Below, piece by piece: positions 40,001 through 49,265 of a DNA stretch of 64,000 nt. Each line of letters begins with the position of its first letter. Within the stretch, counting starts at the first letter, position 1. The position numbers were made by a program, and so were the translations under genes. The stretch is taken from IMG/VR virus record IMGVR_UViG_3300019776_000324, positions 62,001 to 126,000 of that record; one strand, 5' to 3'. Below the pieces are notes generated by a model, which had not been told where the DNA came from, searched no databases, and saw only the letters and a program-made list of their open reading frames with translations.

Positions 40001-43000
40001 GTAAGCGGCGGCGTAACAGCCGCGTCGGTAGCTGGCGGAGTTATTACTGGTACAAGTACAAGTGTTACAGGTTCACAAACTGCTGCAAGTACAGTAGGTG
40101 GAGTTATCACTGGATCAAGTTCTAGTGTAACTGGTACACAAACTGCTGCAAGTACTGTAGGTGGAGTAATTACAGGTTCAAGTTCTAGCGTATCTGGTGC
40201 AGTAACAGGTGGCAGTATTGCTACAGGCGGAACAATTAGTGCTACTGGTAACATTACCGGTGGTAATGTATCAGCTACTACTTACACAGGTACCAATGTT
40301 TCGGTAACAGGTACTGTAACAGCTGCTTCAACAGTAGGTGGTGTAATTACTGGCACATCAGCATCAGTAAGTGGCGGAGTAACTGCTGCATCAGTAGCTG
40401 GTGGCGTAATCACAGGAACCAGTACAAGTGTATCTGGTACACAAACCGCAGCAAGTACTGTTGGTGGTGTAATTACAGGATCAAGCGTGTCGGTAAGTGG
40501 TGGCGTAACTGCTGCATCAGTTGCTGGCGGTGTTATTACCGGTACAAGTTCTAGTGTATCTGGTGCAGTCACTGGCGGCAGTTTAGCTACTGGTGGAACT
40601 ATTAGCGGCACCGGCAATATCACAGGCGGTAATATATTAACAGGCGGACTGATTTCAGCTGCTGGAAATATTATAGCTAACCCAAGTAGTTTCTTTATTG
40701 GTAATGGTAGTCAGTTAACAGGTGTTGCGGCATCCAGCGCAGGATTCCCAGTTTCAGCAGGCACAACAAACATTTCTGCTGCAACCAACGGTAATATTGG
40801 ATTTACAATTGGCGGTACAAGTAACGTAGTAACCATGGCAACAACTGGCGAATATGTAACTGGTGTGGTAAGTGCCAGCGGCAACATCACAGGTGGCAAT
40901 GTCTTAACAGGTGGATTAATATCAGCTACAGGCAATATCAACGGCGGTAATGTTCAAGGTGGCAACATTGTATTAACTGGCAACAGTATCAATGAAGCAG
41001 CCGCTGGCGGAACTATTACTATCAATGGTAATAATTCTAACACAAACTTTGCTGTCAACGGCGATGTTGGTTCTAATGTGTTCTTTGTAAATGCAACAAC
41101 AGAAACAGCTAGTTTTGGTAACGCTACTCAAACAACCAATGCCGTTGTTGCATTTAACGCAACCAACTCAATTAAACTACCGGTAGGTAACATTGGTCAA
41201 CGCCCTGCAACTGGCGTTACTGGTATGGTGCGTTTCAACACAACCAATAACAACTTAGAAGTATATGACAACAGTCAATGGTCAGCAGTTGGTGTTCCTA
41301 GCTTTACGATCATTGCTGATCAACAGTTTAACGGCGACGGAACCACAGTTGCATTTACATTAAATTCAACACAAACAACTAACAGTTGTATTGTAAGTAT
41401 CAACGGTATTGTTCAGATTCCAACTATTGCATATAGTGTAGCTGGTACAAATCCAACTTGTGTGCTTACATTTACAGAAGCTCCGTCTGCTGGTGATATC
41501 ATTGATGTTCGCGAACTTACAACTACTACCACAGTTACAAGTATTAGTAATGCTAGTGGTAACGCTGTAGTAGCAGTAAGTGATACAGCACCATTGGTCA
41601 ATGTCACAGGCGACCTAAGCGTTACTGGAACTATTTTAGGCGGCAACATTAACAGCACCGCTATCACTAACGGAACAAGTAATGTGTCAGTTGCTAGTTC
41701 TGGTGGCAATGTACGATTTAATATTGGTGGCACAAGTAATGTGATGGTTGTTGGCACAGGTAACTTAGTAACAATCAATGGCGATTTAACTGTAACCGGC
41801 AATGCTACATTGAGTGGAAACATTTTAGGTGATCGCATACAAAACGGTACAACAAGTTTTGATATTCAAACACCGAGCGGTAATGCCAATATTACGATTG
41901 GCGCCACAAGCAACACAGCGGTCTTCAGCACAACAGCATTGACTTTAGCAACTAACTTATTGCCAGCTGCTAATATTACCTATGATTTAGGTAGCACAAC
42001 ACAGCGTTGGAAAGATTTATGGTTAAGCAACAGCACTATCTACATGGGCAATGCTCAAATTAGTGCCAATGCAACATCGTTGATCTTTACAAACCCACAA
42101 GGTGGTCAAACTGTATTAGCAGGCGCTACTGCAAGTATAACTGGCGCATCAGTGAGTGTAACAGGAAATGTCACTGGTGGTAATGTCAACACAGGCGGTA
42201 TTGTTAGTTCCACTGGCAATATCTACATGGGATCTGCTGCCAATTTACAAATTGGTATGTTCAATTCCAACATACACTTCCAGCATAATACTGCGTCTGG
42301 TAACATTACCTTATTGACAAACTTTGGTGGTGCAGGTGTAGTTGAAGTATTCAAAGTACTTGGTCAAGGAACACAAGGTATATTTGCCAACGGTACTGCA
42401 AGTGTTAGTGGTAACATCACTGGTGGTAATGTCAACACAACTTCAGTAAGTGCAAGTGGCACAGTAACAGCTGCTTCAACTGTAGGCGGTGTAATTACTG
42501 GCTCAAGTGTAAGTGTATCTGGTGGTATAACTGGTTCTGGTATAACAGGTTCAAGTGTTGCAGGCGGAGTAATTACAGGTTCAAGCACAAGTGTTACTGG
42601 AACAACAACAGCCGCCAGTGTGGTAGGTGGTGTTATTACTGGTAGTTCTGTTTCAGTAAGTGGCGGTGTAACTGCTGTATCGGTAGTAGGTGGAGTTATT
42701 ACTGGATCAAGCACAAGTGTTAGTGGTACAACAACAGCAGCCAATTTTACTACTGCTGGCGTACTTACAGTAAACTCAGGTGCAGCTGCTACAGCAATTG
42801 TTAACGGTGCAACAACAGGTGTAGGTAATATTGGCTCAAGCACAACTACATTTAATACCGTGTTTGCTAAAGCAACTACAGCACAATACGCTGACTTGGC
42901 AGAGAAATACACAGCTGACGCAAGTTATGTTCCTGGAACTGTGTTGGTATTTGGTGGCAATCAAGAAGTTACTGTAAATGCTGTAGATTCAGATCACCGA

Positions 43001-43261
43001 GTAGCTGGTGTAGTTTCTACCAATCCTGGTTTTGTAATGAATGAAGGATTAGACAGTGAATTTGCTGTAGCTATTGCACTTACAGGTCGTGTACCATGTT
43101 TTGTTATTGGACCAGTACGCAAGGGTGACTTAATGGTTGCGGCAGGACTAGGTCGTGCTAGAGCAGAAGCTAATCCTAAGCCAGGTACAATAATTGGTAA
43201 AGCACTAGAAGATTTTGATGGTGCCGAAGGTACAATAGAAGTGGTAGTTGGACGCTTCTAA
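37070..43261 (+). CDS. Long tail fibre (2063 aa) with 17- and 21-aa repeats and C-terminal intramolecular chaperone (peptidase G2/S74-like)
   Basis: TGGNLATGGTASATGTI and TAASTVGGVITGTSTSVTGTQ repeats; AQYADLAEKY..GVVSTNP..ALTGRVPC..KGDL..IGKALE. Confidence 0.85.
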   Translation: MAVTRINNNQITDASAGNAYVGVNAAVKLQNYTITSQKIANNLNYGSDLTIAGNLTVNGTTTTVDTVNVLVKDPLITLADGQTSGTPTLDIGTIGLRGSQLSAVMAWKESQLEFVTALSNTTVSNTTFNISSYANLHTGNFIVQGTTSLVGNMIGAVNATGTITGGNLATPGTVSSGGNITGGNLLTGGLVSSTGTITGGNLATGGTVSATGNITTAGFFVGTFAGSISGNVTAAGANTQVQYNNSGNLAASSAFTFNSATNVLSLTGNVQGGNLLTGGLVSSTGTITGGNLATGGTASATGTITGGNLATGGTASATGNITGGNLLTGGLISATSNVTSAANISGGNLLTGGLVSSTGTITGGNLATGGTISSTGNITGGNISATNHTGTAVSVTGGVTAASVSGGVITGTSTSVTGTQTAASTVGGVITGTSTSVTGTQTAASTVGGVITGSSTSVSGTQTAASTVGGVITGSSSSVTGNVTGGNVNTAGNISATANITASYYFGNGSQLTGVTASTSGFPVTAGTSNIAAATNGSIGITVAGTSNVLTVASTGTVTTGTASVTGNITGGNISATNHTGTNVSVTGTQTAASTVGGVITGSSVSVTGNITGGNLNSAQVYNATAMTITTSAGNINLSPAGNLVLNSDYINNVLDPVQPQDVATKAYVDNFATTGIAFHTPVVAATTTTLASATGGTITYTQPNGVANGIGALLTTTGSFNLIDTANVQTVGTRILVKNEGNAVFNGIYTWANATNIVRSTDADTYGPDSTTDLSVNDYFFVSSGNVNSGSAYIVNAPTGTITFGTSNITFAQFSQAQTYTANTQAGLSLTGTVFSAKIDNNTTAFDGNGNIIVKAGANLTTPNIGAATGTSLSVTGTVTAASTVGGVITGSSSSVTGNITGGNIATGGTISATGNITSSGNVSAATHIGTAVSVTGGVTASSVAGGVITGTSTSVTGSQTAASTVGGVITGSSVSVSGGVTAASVAGGVITGTSTSVTGSQTAASTVGGVITGSSSSVTGTQTAASTVGGVITGSSSSVSGAVTGGSIATGGTISATGNITGGNVSATTYTGTNVSVTGTVTAASTVGGVITGTSASVSGGVTAASVAGGVITGTSTSVSGTQTAASTVGGVITGSSVSVSGGVTAASVAGGVITGTSSSVSGAVTGGSLATGGTISGTGNITGGNILTGGLISAAGNIIANPSSFFIGNGSQLTGVAASSAGFPVSAGTTNISAATNGNIGFTIGGTSNVVTMATTGEYVTGVVSASGNITGGNVLTGGLISATGNINGGNVQGGNIVLTGNSINEAAAGGTITINGNNSNTNFAVNGDVGSNVFFVNATTETASFGNATQTTNAVVAFNATNSIKLPVGNIGQRPATGVTGMVRFNTTNNNLEVYDNSQWSAVGVPSFTIIADQQFNGDGTTVAFTLNSTQTTNSCIVSINGIVQIPTIAYSVAGTNPTCVLTFTEAPSAGDIIDVRELTTTTTVTSISNASGNAVVAVSDTAPLVNVTGDLSVTGTILGGNINSTAITNGTSNVSVASSGGNVRFNIGGTSNVMVVGTGNLVTINGDLTVTGNATLSGNILGDRIQNGTTSFDIQTPSGNANITIGATSNTAVFSTTALTLATNLLPAANITYDLGSTTQRWKDLWLSNSTIYMGNAQISANATSLIFTNPQGGQTVLAGATASITGASVSVTGNVTGGNVNTGGIVSSTGNIYMGSAANLQIGMFNSNIHFQHNTASGNITLLTNFGGAGVVEVFKVLGQGTQGIFANGTASVSGNITGGNVNTTSVSASGTVTAASTVGGVITGSSVSVSGGITGSGITGSSVAGGVITGSSTSVTGTTTAASVVGGVITGSSVSVSGGVTAVSVVGGVITGSSTSVSGTTTAANFTTAGVLTVNSGAAATAIVNGATTGVGNIGSSTTTFNTVFAKATTAQYADLAEKYTADASYVPGTVLVFGGNQEVTVNAVDSDHRVAGVVSTNPGFVMNEGLDSEFAVAIALTGRVPCFVIGPVRKGDLMVAAGLGRARAEANPKPGTIIGKALEDFDGAEGTIEVVVGRF
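37530..40640 (+). repeat. 51-bp and 63-bp coding tandem repeat arrays in the long fibre (two blocks with a non-repetitive spacer)
   Basis: A 53-nt stretch at 38294-38346 repeats exactly 63 nt downstream; 51-nt units at about 37927 and 37978. Confidence 0.85.
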
Positions 43262-43274
43262 ACAGGAAACTGTT

Positions 43275-43306
43275 AAAATAGGACTCTTTATGGGTCCTAT
43301 TTTTTT
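43275..43306 (+). terminator. Intrinsic terminator after the long fibre gene
   Basis: AAAATAGGACTC-TTTAT-GGGTCCTATTTTTTT; new TAAATA at 43310. Confidence 0.85.
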
Positions 43307-43336
43307 GACTAAATATGTGATATTATTGGATAAACA

Positions 43337-46300
43337 ATGGCACTAACCAGACCTCGCGCTGCGCAAATTTACGATATAGATTACAAACAGGCTACGCGAG
43401 TAGTTACGATTTCCAACATCACTTTAGCAGGCAGTGCCCCTAGTAGTGTCGACGGGGTGAGTTTAAGTCTTAACGATCGTATTTTGGTAACAGGGCAAAG
43501 CACAGCCAGTCAAAACGGTATCTATTATGTGACCACAGTCGGAACAGGATCAAACGGAACCTGGGCTCGCAGTCAAGATACAAACTCCACAGGAGAATTG
43601 TTAGGCGGTACAATTGTCATGGTTACTGAGGGTACAGTGTATGCTGATACTCAATGGAAATTAACCACAAACGATCCAATTACAATTGGATCAACTGCAT
43701 TAACATTTGTACAAAACTATTCAGCAAATTCGATTAGTGCTGGCACAAGCAATGTTTCAGTAACATCAAATGCTAATGTAACAATCAGTTCGGCTGGCAC
43801 ACCAAATGTGTTAACTGTTAGTTCAACTGGCGTAGTGGTATCTGGAACTGCTAGTGCTACAGGTAACATTACTGGAAATTATTTCTTTGGAAATGGTAGT
43901 CAGTTAACTGGAATAGCACCAAGCTCAACCTACAGTAACTCAAATGTAAGTGCATTTTTAGCAACCTTTGGTAGCAACACAATATCTACCACTGGAACTG
44001 TAACCGCAGGCAATATAACTGGCGGCAATCTACTAACAAGTGGGTTGATTAGTGCCACGGGTAATATCAGCACAGCTGCTCAATTAGTATCAACTGTAGC
44101 CACAGGTACAGCACCCTTTGTTATCAGTTCGACTACTAAAGTTTCTGGATTAAATGTAGAACAGGTTGACGGATTTGATGCTAGCCAATCAGCAGTTGCC
44201 AACACCATAGTGGTACGAGATGCTGGTGGTAATATCAACACCGCTGTATTATCAGCAAGTGGTAATGTCACCGGCGGCAATATTGTAGCTACCACAGCAT
44301 TGACCAATGGCAACATTACAATTACAGGTGCTAACATTGTTAGTACAGGTACAACAATATACATTGATCCAAACGGTACAGGCGGCACAGATGGTAATGT
44401 AATTATTACAGGTAACCTAAGTGTCACCGGCAATGCAACCTATATCAACAGTAACAACATTACCACAAATGACTTGACCATTAACATGGCCAACAACGCG
44501 GCCACTGCCGCTGCTGCCAACGGTGGCGGTATTGAAGTTGGACCAGTGGGTGCACCATATGTTACTTTAACCTACAACAGCACATCTAATATTTGGGTAG
44601 CAAGCAACGGGTTGAATGTACAAGGAATTTTAAGTGCTAGTGGTAACATTACCGGTGGCAATATTTCGGCAACAAATCATACAGGCACCAATGTAAGTGT
44701 CACTGGTACAGTAACAGCTGCAAGTACAGTAGGTGGCGTAATTACTGGCTCAAGTTCTAGTGTTACTGGCACACAGACAGCTGCCTCAACTGTAGGTGGT
44801 GTAATTACTGGCACATCTACATCAGTAAGTGGCGCAGTAACGGCTGGCAGTATAGCCACAAGCGGAACAATTAGTACCACTGGTAATATATACACCGGTA
44901 ATATTTTAACTAACGGCTACTATTATGCCAATGGTGTAGCATTCACAGGCAGTGGTGGCGGCGGTGGCACCCCCGGTGGCGCAAATACCTACATTCAATT
45001 TAATGATGGCGGAGCATTTAACGGCACCGCCGGACTAACTTTTGACAAGACTACAAATGCCGTAGTAGCAACCGGTAATGTTACTGGCGGAAATATCATT
45101 GCTTCAAACGATGTATATGCTGGTCCTGGTGCAACTACAGCAGGATTTACTACAGCTCCGGTATTTGTAGGTCGAGACACTGCTGGAACTTATGTACAAT
45201 CTGCTCTTCAAAATGCGTCTGGTAACGGATCTGCAGACTTTACAGCCTATGCCAACAACGGTACAGAGGCAGCGGGATGGGTTGACATAGGATTTACTGG
45301 AAACACATTCAACGATGGCAACTATACAGTAACTGGTGCCAATGACGGATATTTAATTTCTCAAGGTAATGCCAGCTTTGGCGGTAACTTGGTTATTGCT
45401 ACAGGCGCTATTGGTACTACTAAAGATATTGTATTTGCTACTGGCGGATTCTTAACAGGAAATATCAAAGCCAGATTGTTCAATTCAACTGGTCAATTCA
45501 GTGTGACCGGTAACATCAATGGCGGCAACCTTACAACCACAGGAAAATTACTAGCGGGCACAGCAAATATTACCCCAGCCTCTCAAGGATTTGGTACAGG
45601 TCTTAATGTAACCAGTGGAGATATTACTGTTTTCCGTGGGGATGCCTCTGGCGCCATTTATGTTGGAAATTCTCAAGCTACTTACATATATTATGATGGC
45701 ACAAGTTGGAGTATAGCAGGCGGCACGGGTGTAGCTGTTAGCAATTTAACCACTACTGGAACTGTGAGTGCCACTGGTAACATCACTGGTGGTAACTTAA
45801 GAACCGCTGGACAAGTAAGTGCTACCGGTAACATTACTAGTGCTGCTAATATAGCAGGCGCCAATGCCAACATCACTACACAAATTAATACCACCAGCGT
45901 AAGCGCCAGTGGTAATATTAGAACTGCTGGAACTATTAGTGCTACTTCTTCAGTTACTGCTGCCTCAACAGTAGGTGGCGTAATTACCGGCTCAAGTGTA
46001 AGTGTCACTGGTGCACAGACAGCTGCTTCAACAGTTGGTGGAGTAATTACCGGCTCAAGTGTAAGTGTCACTGGTGCACAGACAGCTGCTTCAACAGTTG
46101 GTGGAGTAATTACTGGAACAAGTGTATCAGTTAGTGGGTCAGTTACTGGAGGAGCACACAACGGTACCAGTGTATCAGTAAGTGGTGGTGTAACTGCCGC
46201 TAGTGTTAGTGGTGGAGTAATTACCGGAACAAGTGTATCAGTCAGTGGTAACGTAACAGCTGGCGGGCATGTTGGAACTGTTTACACCAACAGTATTATT

Positions 46301-46771
46301 AACACTGGTGCCAACGCAACAGGTAATATTGGTAGCGCAACACTATATTTTAATACGGCATTTATCAAAGCAACATCAGCACAGTACGCTGACTTGGCCG
46401 AGATGTATACCGCTGATGATAACTATGTTCCGGGTACTGTAGTTGAGTTTGGTGGCGATCAAGAAGTTACAATTAGTAGTTCAAATCATTGCACACAAGT
46501 AGCTGGTATTATTTCAACTAATCCAAGTTACTTGATGAACAGCGCACAAGAAGGTGAACATGTGTTGCCAGTTGCGCTAACTGGTCGAGTTCCTTGTCAA
46601 GTAGTTGGAACTATACGCAAAGGTGATCGATTAGTGTCAAGCGATTTACCTGGTGTTGCTATGGCATTAGATATGAAACACTACGAGCCGGGCTGTATCA
46701 TTGGCAAAGCATTGGAAAATTACAATTCTATTGCCACTGGAGTAATTGAAGTAGCAGTCGGACGATTCTAA
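43337..46771 (+). CDS. Second tail fibre (1144 aa), same repeat family, with C-terminal chaperone
   Basis: DGVSLSLNDRILVTGQS.A.QNGIY head domain; 21-aa repeats; AQYADLAEMY..ALTGRVPC..KGD..IGKALE. Confidence 0.85.
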   Translation: MALTRPRAAQIYDIDYKQATRVVTISNITLAGSAPSSVDGVSLSLNDRILVTGQSTASQNGIYYVTTVGTGSNGTWARSQDTNSTGELLGGTIVMVTEGTVYADTQWKLTTNDPITIGSTALTFVQNYSANSISAGTSNVSVTSNANVTISSAGTPNVLTVSSTGVVVSGTASATGNITGNYFFGNGSQLTGIAPSSTYSNSNVSAFLATFGSNTISTTGTVTAGNITGGNLLTSGLISATGNISTAAQLVSTVATGTAPFVISSTTKVSGLNVEQVDGFDASQSAVANTIVVRDAGGNINTAVLSASGNVTGGNIVATTALTNGNITITGANIVSTGTTIYIDPNGTGGTDGNVIITGNLSVTGNATYINSNNITTNDLTINMANNAATAAAANGGGIEVGPVGAPYVTLTYNSTSNIWVASNGLNVQGILSASGNITGGNISATNHTGTNVSVTGTVTAASTVGGVITGSSSSVTGTQTAASTVGGVITGTSTSVSGAVTAGSIATSGTISTTGNIYTGNILTNGYYYANGVAFTGSGGGGGTPGGANTYIQFNDGGAFNGTAGLTFDKTTNAVVATGNVTGGNIIASNDVYAGPGATTAGFTTAPVFVGRDTAGTYVQSALQNASGNGSADFTAYANNGTEAAGWVDIGFTGNTFNDGNYTVTGANDGYLISQGNASFGGNLVIATGAIGTTKDIVFATGGFLTGNIKARLFNSTGQFSVTGNINGGNLTTTGKLLAGTANITPASQGFGTGLNVTSGDITVFRGDASGAIYVGNSQATYIYYDGTSWSIAGGTGVAVSNLTTTGTVSATGNITGGNLRTAGQVSATGNITSAANIAGANANITTQINTTSVSASGNIRTAGTISATSSVTAASTVGGVITGSSVSVTGAQTAASTVGGVITGSSVSVTGAQTAASTVGGVITGTSVSVSGSVTGGAHNGTSVSVSGGVTAASVSGGVITGTSVSVSGNVTAGGHVGTVYTNSIINTGANATGNIGSATLYFNTAFIKATSAQYADLAEMYTADDNYVPGTVVEFGGDQEVTISSSNHCTQVAGIISTNPSYLMNSAQEGEHVLPVALTGRVPCQVVGTIRKGDRLVSSDLPGVAMALDMKHYEPGCIIGKALENYNSIATGVIEVAVGRF

Positions 46772-47433
46772 TGCAAGCGAGGTATAGATCAGACTATCCA
46801 GGAGAATTTGTTGTACTCGAAAGTCGTTGGGCCGGCAACAAAAAAGAAGAAACCAGAGAATGGGTAGCCAATCCAATTGAGAATCAACATATCTCAGGCC
46901 GCGCTGCATGTATAGCCAGCAACAACAATCGAGAACGATTTGATTACACTATACTGCAAAGACATCGCGGCGGCCTACTTGGAAGTAAAAAATTACAAAC
47001 CTACGGAACAGGCACAATTGCAGGTGACATGCGTTTAGATTTTACTGTGGAAACTGATACTGCAAGACTAGCACAACTAAAAGAATCTAAATATTCTGAA
47101 AATAACATTGTATATACAACGCCAAGGAATTGTATTGCCAATCCAGGAGAATTTTATCTAATACCTCAAAATCCCAGAGTACTTGATGTTTCTCAAATTA
47201 TCTATTTGGCTGCATTTGATGGCCACCAAGAAATATTCATGCTAGGATACAACAACGAAACTCCAGTAGACCACCCAACTTGGCAAGATCAGATCAGGAT
47301 GATTATGGATGCATATCCAGGAGTATTATTTTATTTTGTAGGCGAACCAACAAATATGTTTGATGTTTGGTTAGACGCCGATAATGCTAGAACTTTGACC
47401 TATAGAGATTTTATAGGTTATTGTGATGTCTAA
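46771..47433 (+). CDS. Hypothetical protein, divergent Maf/DUF115-like
   Basis: YLAAFDGHQEIFMLGY parallels LAAQTGHTQIYLLGFD of 32467-33054; W..QI..I...YP...F..V also shared. Confidence 0.5.
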   Translation: MQARYRSDYPGEFVVLESRWAGNKKEETREWVANPIENQHISGRAACIASNNNRERFDYTILQRHRGGLLGSKKLQTYGTGTIAGDMRLDFTVETDTARLAQLKESKYSENNIVYTTPRNCIANPGEFYLIPQNPRVLDVSQIIYLAAFDGHQEIFMLGYNNETPVDHPTWQDQIRMIMDAYPGVLFYFVGEPTNMFDVWLDADNARTLTYRDFIGYCDV

Positions 47434-47868
47434 TTAGCCAGCAACTAACTTTTCAATAGTTTGAATTTTATCTCGAACAGCATCAAAATTTACAGTACTC
47501 CATAAACCCGGATGCATTGGCCTTGGCCAAACACCAGTATTGATCCATGCCCAACCGTTGTGTTCTTCATTTAATTTGGGAACGAACTCTGTAGCTACAC
47601 TGCAAAAGAATGTGTGATATTCAAACCCAGAGTCAGATGTGGTAAATTTTTCCAAGGGTACCAGTTTTAAATAATCGGGCATATATCCTAATTCTTCAGA
47701 ACACTCGCGTTGTATGCCGTCAATTAAGGTTTCGCCAGACTCAATTTTACCACCAGGCAATCCCCAGCAGTTTGGATTCTTTGGATCATTGCGCATGAGA
47801 TAAAGATATCGTTGCGTATCTATACTATAGAACCAAACACCAACAGCAGTTATAATACTAGACTCCAT
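47434..47868 (-). CDS. NUDIX hydrolase
   Basis: Nudix box GGKIESGETLIDGIQRECSEELG; LNEEH..WAW. Confidence 0.92.
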   Translation of the reverse strand: MESSIITAVGVWFYSIDTQRYLYLMRNDPKNPNCWGLPGGKIESGETLIDGIQRECSEELGYMPDYLKLVPLEKFTTSDSGFEYHTFFCSVATEFVPKLNEEHNGWAWINTGVWPRPMHPGLWSTVNFDAVRDKIQTIEKLVAG

Positions 47869-49265
47869 TGGCCTCCTGGATACAGTCCTTGATAACTCTT
47901 AACCCATGCACGACCGGTCCAACGATATTGCAATTCTGTTGTTAAGTTTGTTACATATTGCATGTTATCCGGACTGCTGGTACTGTCAAATGCTACAAAC
48001 CAATAAGATCCATTGTATTCTACGATATCATTGGCATTGGCTATCAACGGTTGAAGACCAGTACCTTCCCAGGCATCTGGATTGGTTGTGCCAGGGTTAG
48101 ACCAAGATCCAGTGGCCTGTGTAAGCAAATATCTTTGACCAGCTGCTGGCGCCGCTAGCCCATTGTTAGGACCGCTTACCAATGGATTAATAACCGCATT
48201 GATAGGAGACAGTGTATTTGGTGGCACAGTTCCAGCATTTATAGTAAACAATAAGAATCGATCGTCAGTTGGATCATAGGCTACTGTACCAGTAACATCA
48301 GTTCCGTCAGGTTGCTCAAGAGAAATATAACTGATTCCAGGTCTGAGTGTGCCATACATGTTGACAACATTATGCCATAACAAATTACTTGCAGGACTAT
48401 CTGCTGGAGTTAAACTAGTGTTGGGTTGATCAACTACCTGCTCTACCCTAAGAGCTTGTAACTTGTTGTCAATCAATAATACTTGGTAACCAAATGGTGT
48501 AAATTTTTGTCTAGTTCCTAACAATAAATCACTATCAGCTAATGCATTTACCAGATCGCCTTGTGCATCATATACACTGGCAATAATGCGCTCAATAACA
48601 CCCAGCTTCTTGACCTTGGCAGGAGGAGTAATCCACATAGGCAAAGTAAAAGTTAGTGTAGCAACATCAATTGGGTTTTCAGTACCGATTGGGATAACAC
48701 GACTTGTCCATTTAACATCTTTGAGATACAACACAGTTAAACTGGTCCAGTCAATATAGTTGTCAGTGCTTTGTATTTCTAGACTAGGATTGAATAGTGT
48801 AAGAATTTGTTCCAACAACTGCATCTTTTGATTGGTGTTGCTGGTCCAAATGTCTAAGTTAATAGTCATCTCATACGGAACAGGCATTAACCTCTCAATA
48901 GTAAATGCGTTACCTTGTGTAGTTTCGTAAGTGTCAGTGTCAGAATCGTAAGTGCGTTGTCGAACTTGAATGTTACTAATAAAGTTTGGTTCTTGAATTC
49001 TTGGTCTATCGTATTTTAAATCAGTGATATAAAAAGTCATCAATGGTGTACTAGGCATATTACTTGCCGAGTTATTTTGCAAGATAGTCTGCGCTTGTCG
49101 ACTTGAATCACCGTAACGAACAGGAACTCGAATCAAAGTATCTACAGTAGATCCCGGACCTTGCCCTGCTTCGTTAGTACCATACTCAACATCAAAGTTA
49201 CTAAAGATTCTAGCAAACTGTAGTAAGAATCGTCGAAGTTGTTCGTCATAAAAATATTGAGCCAT
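47850..49265 (-). CDS. gp15: Tail sheath stabiliser/terminator with C-terminal extension
   Basis: YFYDEQLRRFLLQF.RIFSNF, VPVRYG, PVPYEMT..LDIW....QKMQLLEQIL.LFNP, FTLP.WITPP. Confidence 0.88.
   Translation of the reverse strand: MAQYFYDEQLRRFLLQFARIFSNFDVEYGTNEAGQGPGSTVDTLIRVPVRYGDSSRQAQTILQNNSASNMPSTPLMTFYITDLKYDRPRIQEPNFISNIQVRQRTYDSDTDTYETTQGNAFTIERLMPVPYEMTINLDIWTSNTNQKMQLLEQILTLFNPSLEIQSTDNYIDWTSLTVLYLKDVKWTSRVIPIGTENPIDVATLTFTLPMWITPPAKVKKLGVIERIIASVYDAQGDLVNALADSDLLLGTRQKFTPFGYQVLLIDNKLQALRVEQVVDQPNTSLTPADSPASNLLWHNVVNMYGTLRPGISYISLEQPDGTDVTGTVAYDPTDDRFLLFTINAGTVPPNTLSPINAVINPLVSGPNNGLAAPAAGQRYLLTQATGSWSNPGTTNPDAWEGTGLQPLIANANDIVEYNGSYWFVAFDSTSSPDNMQYVTNLTTELQYRWTGRAWVKSYQGLYPGGQWSLVL

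Noticed and set aside
38280-40560. Regularly spaced 63-bp repeats as a possible CRISPR array or DGR template
   Set aside because: In-frame coding repeats with synonymous variation and no unique spacers; no cas or reverse transcriptase gene in the window
37465-46161. Many long minus-strand ORFs rich in P/V/T/L (e.g. 37786-38550, 39529-40254, 42364-42912)
   Set aside because: Antisense shadows of the Gly/Thr/Ser repeat fibres; no RBS or promoter, and composition mirrors the sense codons
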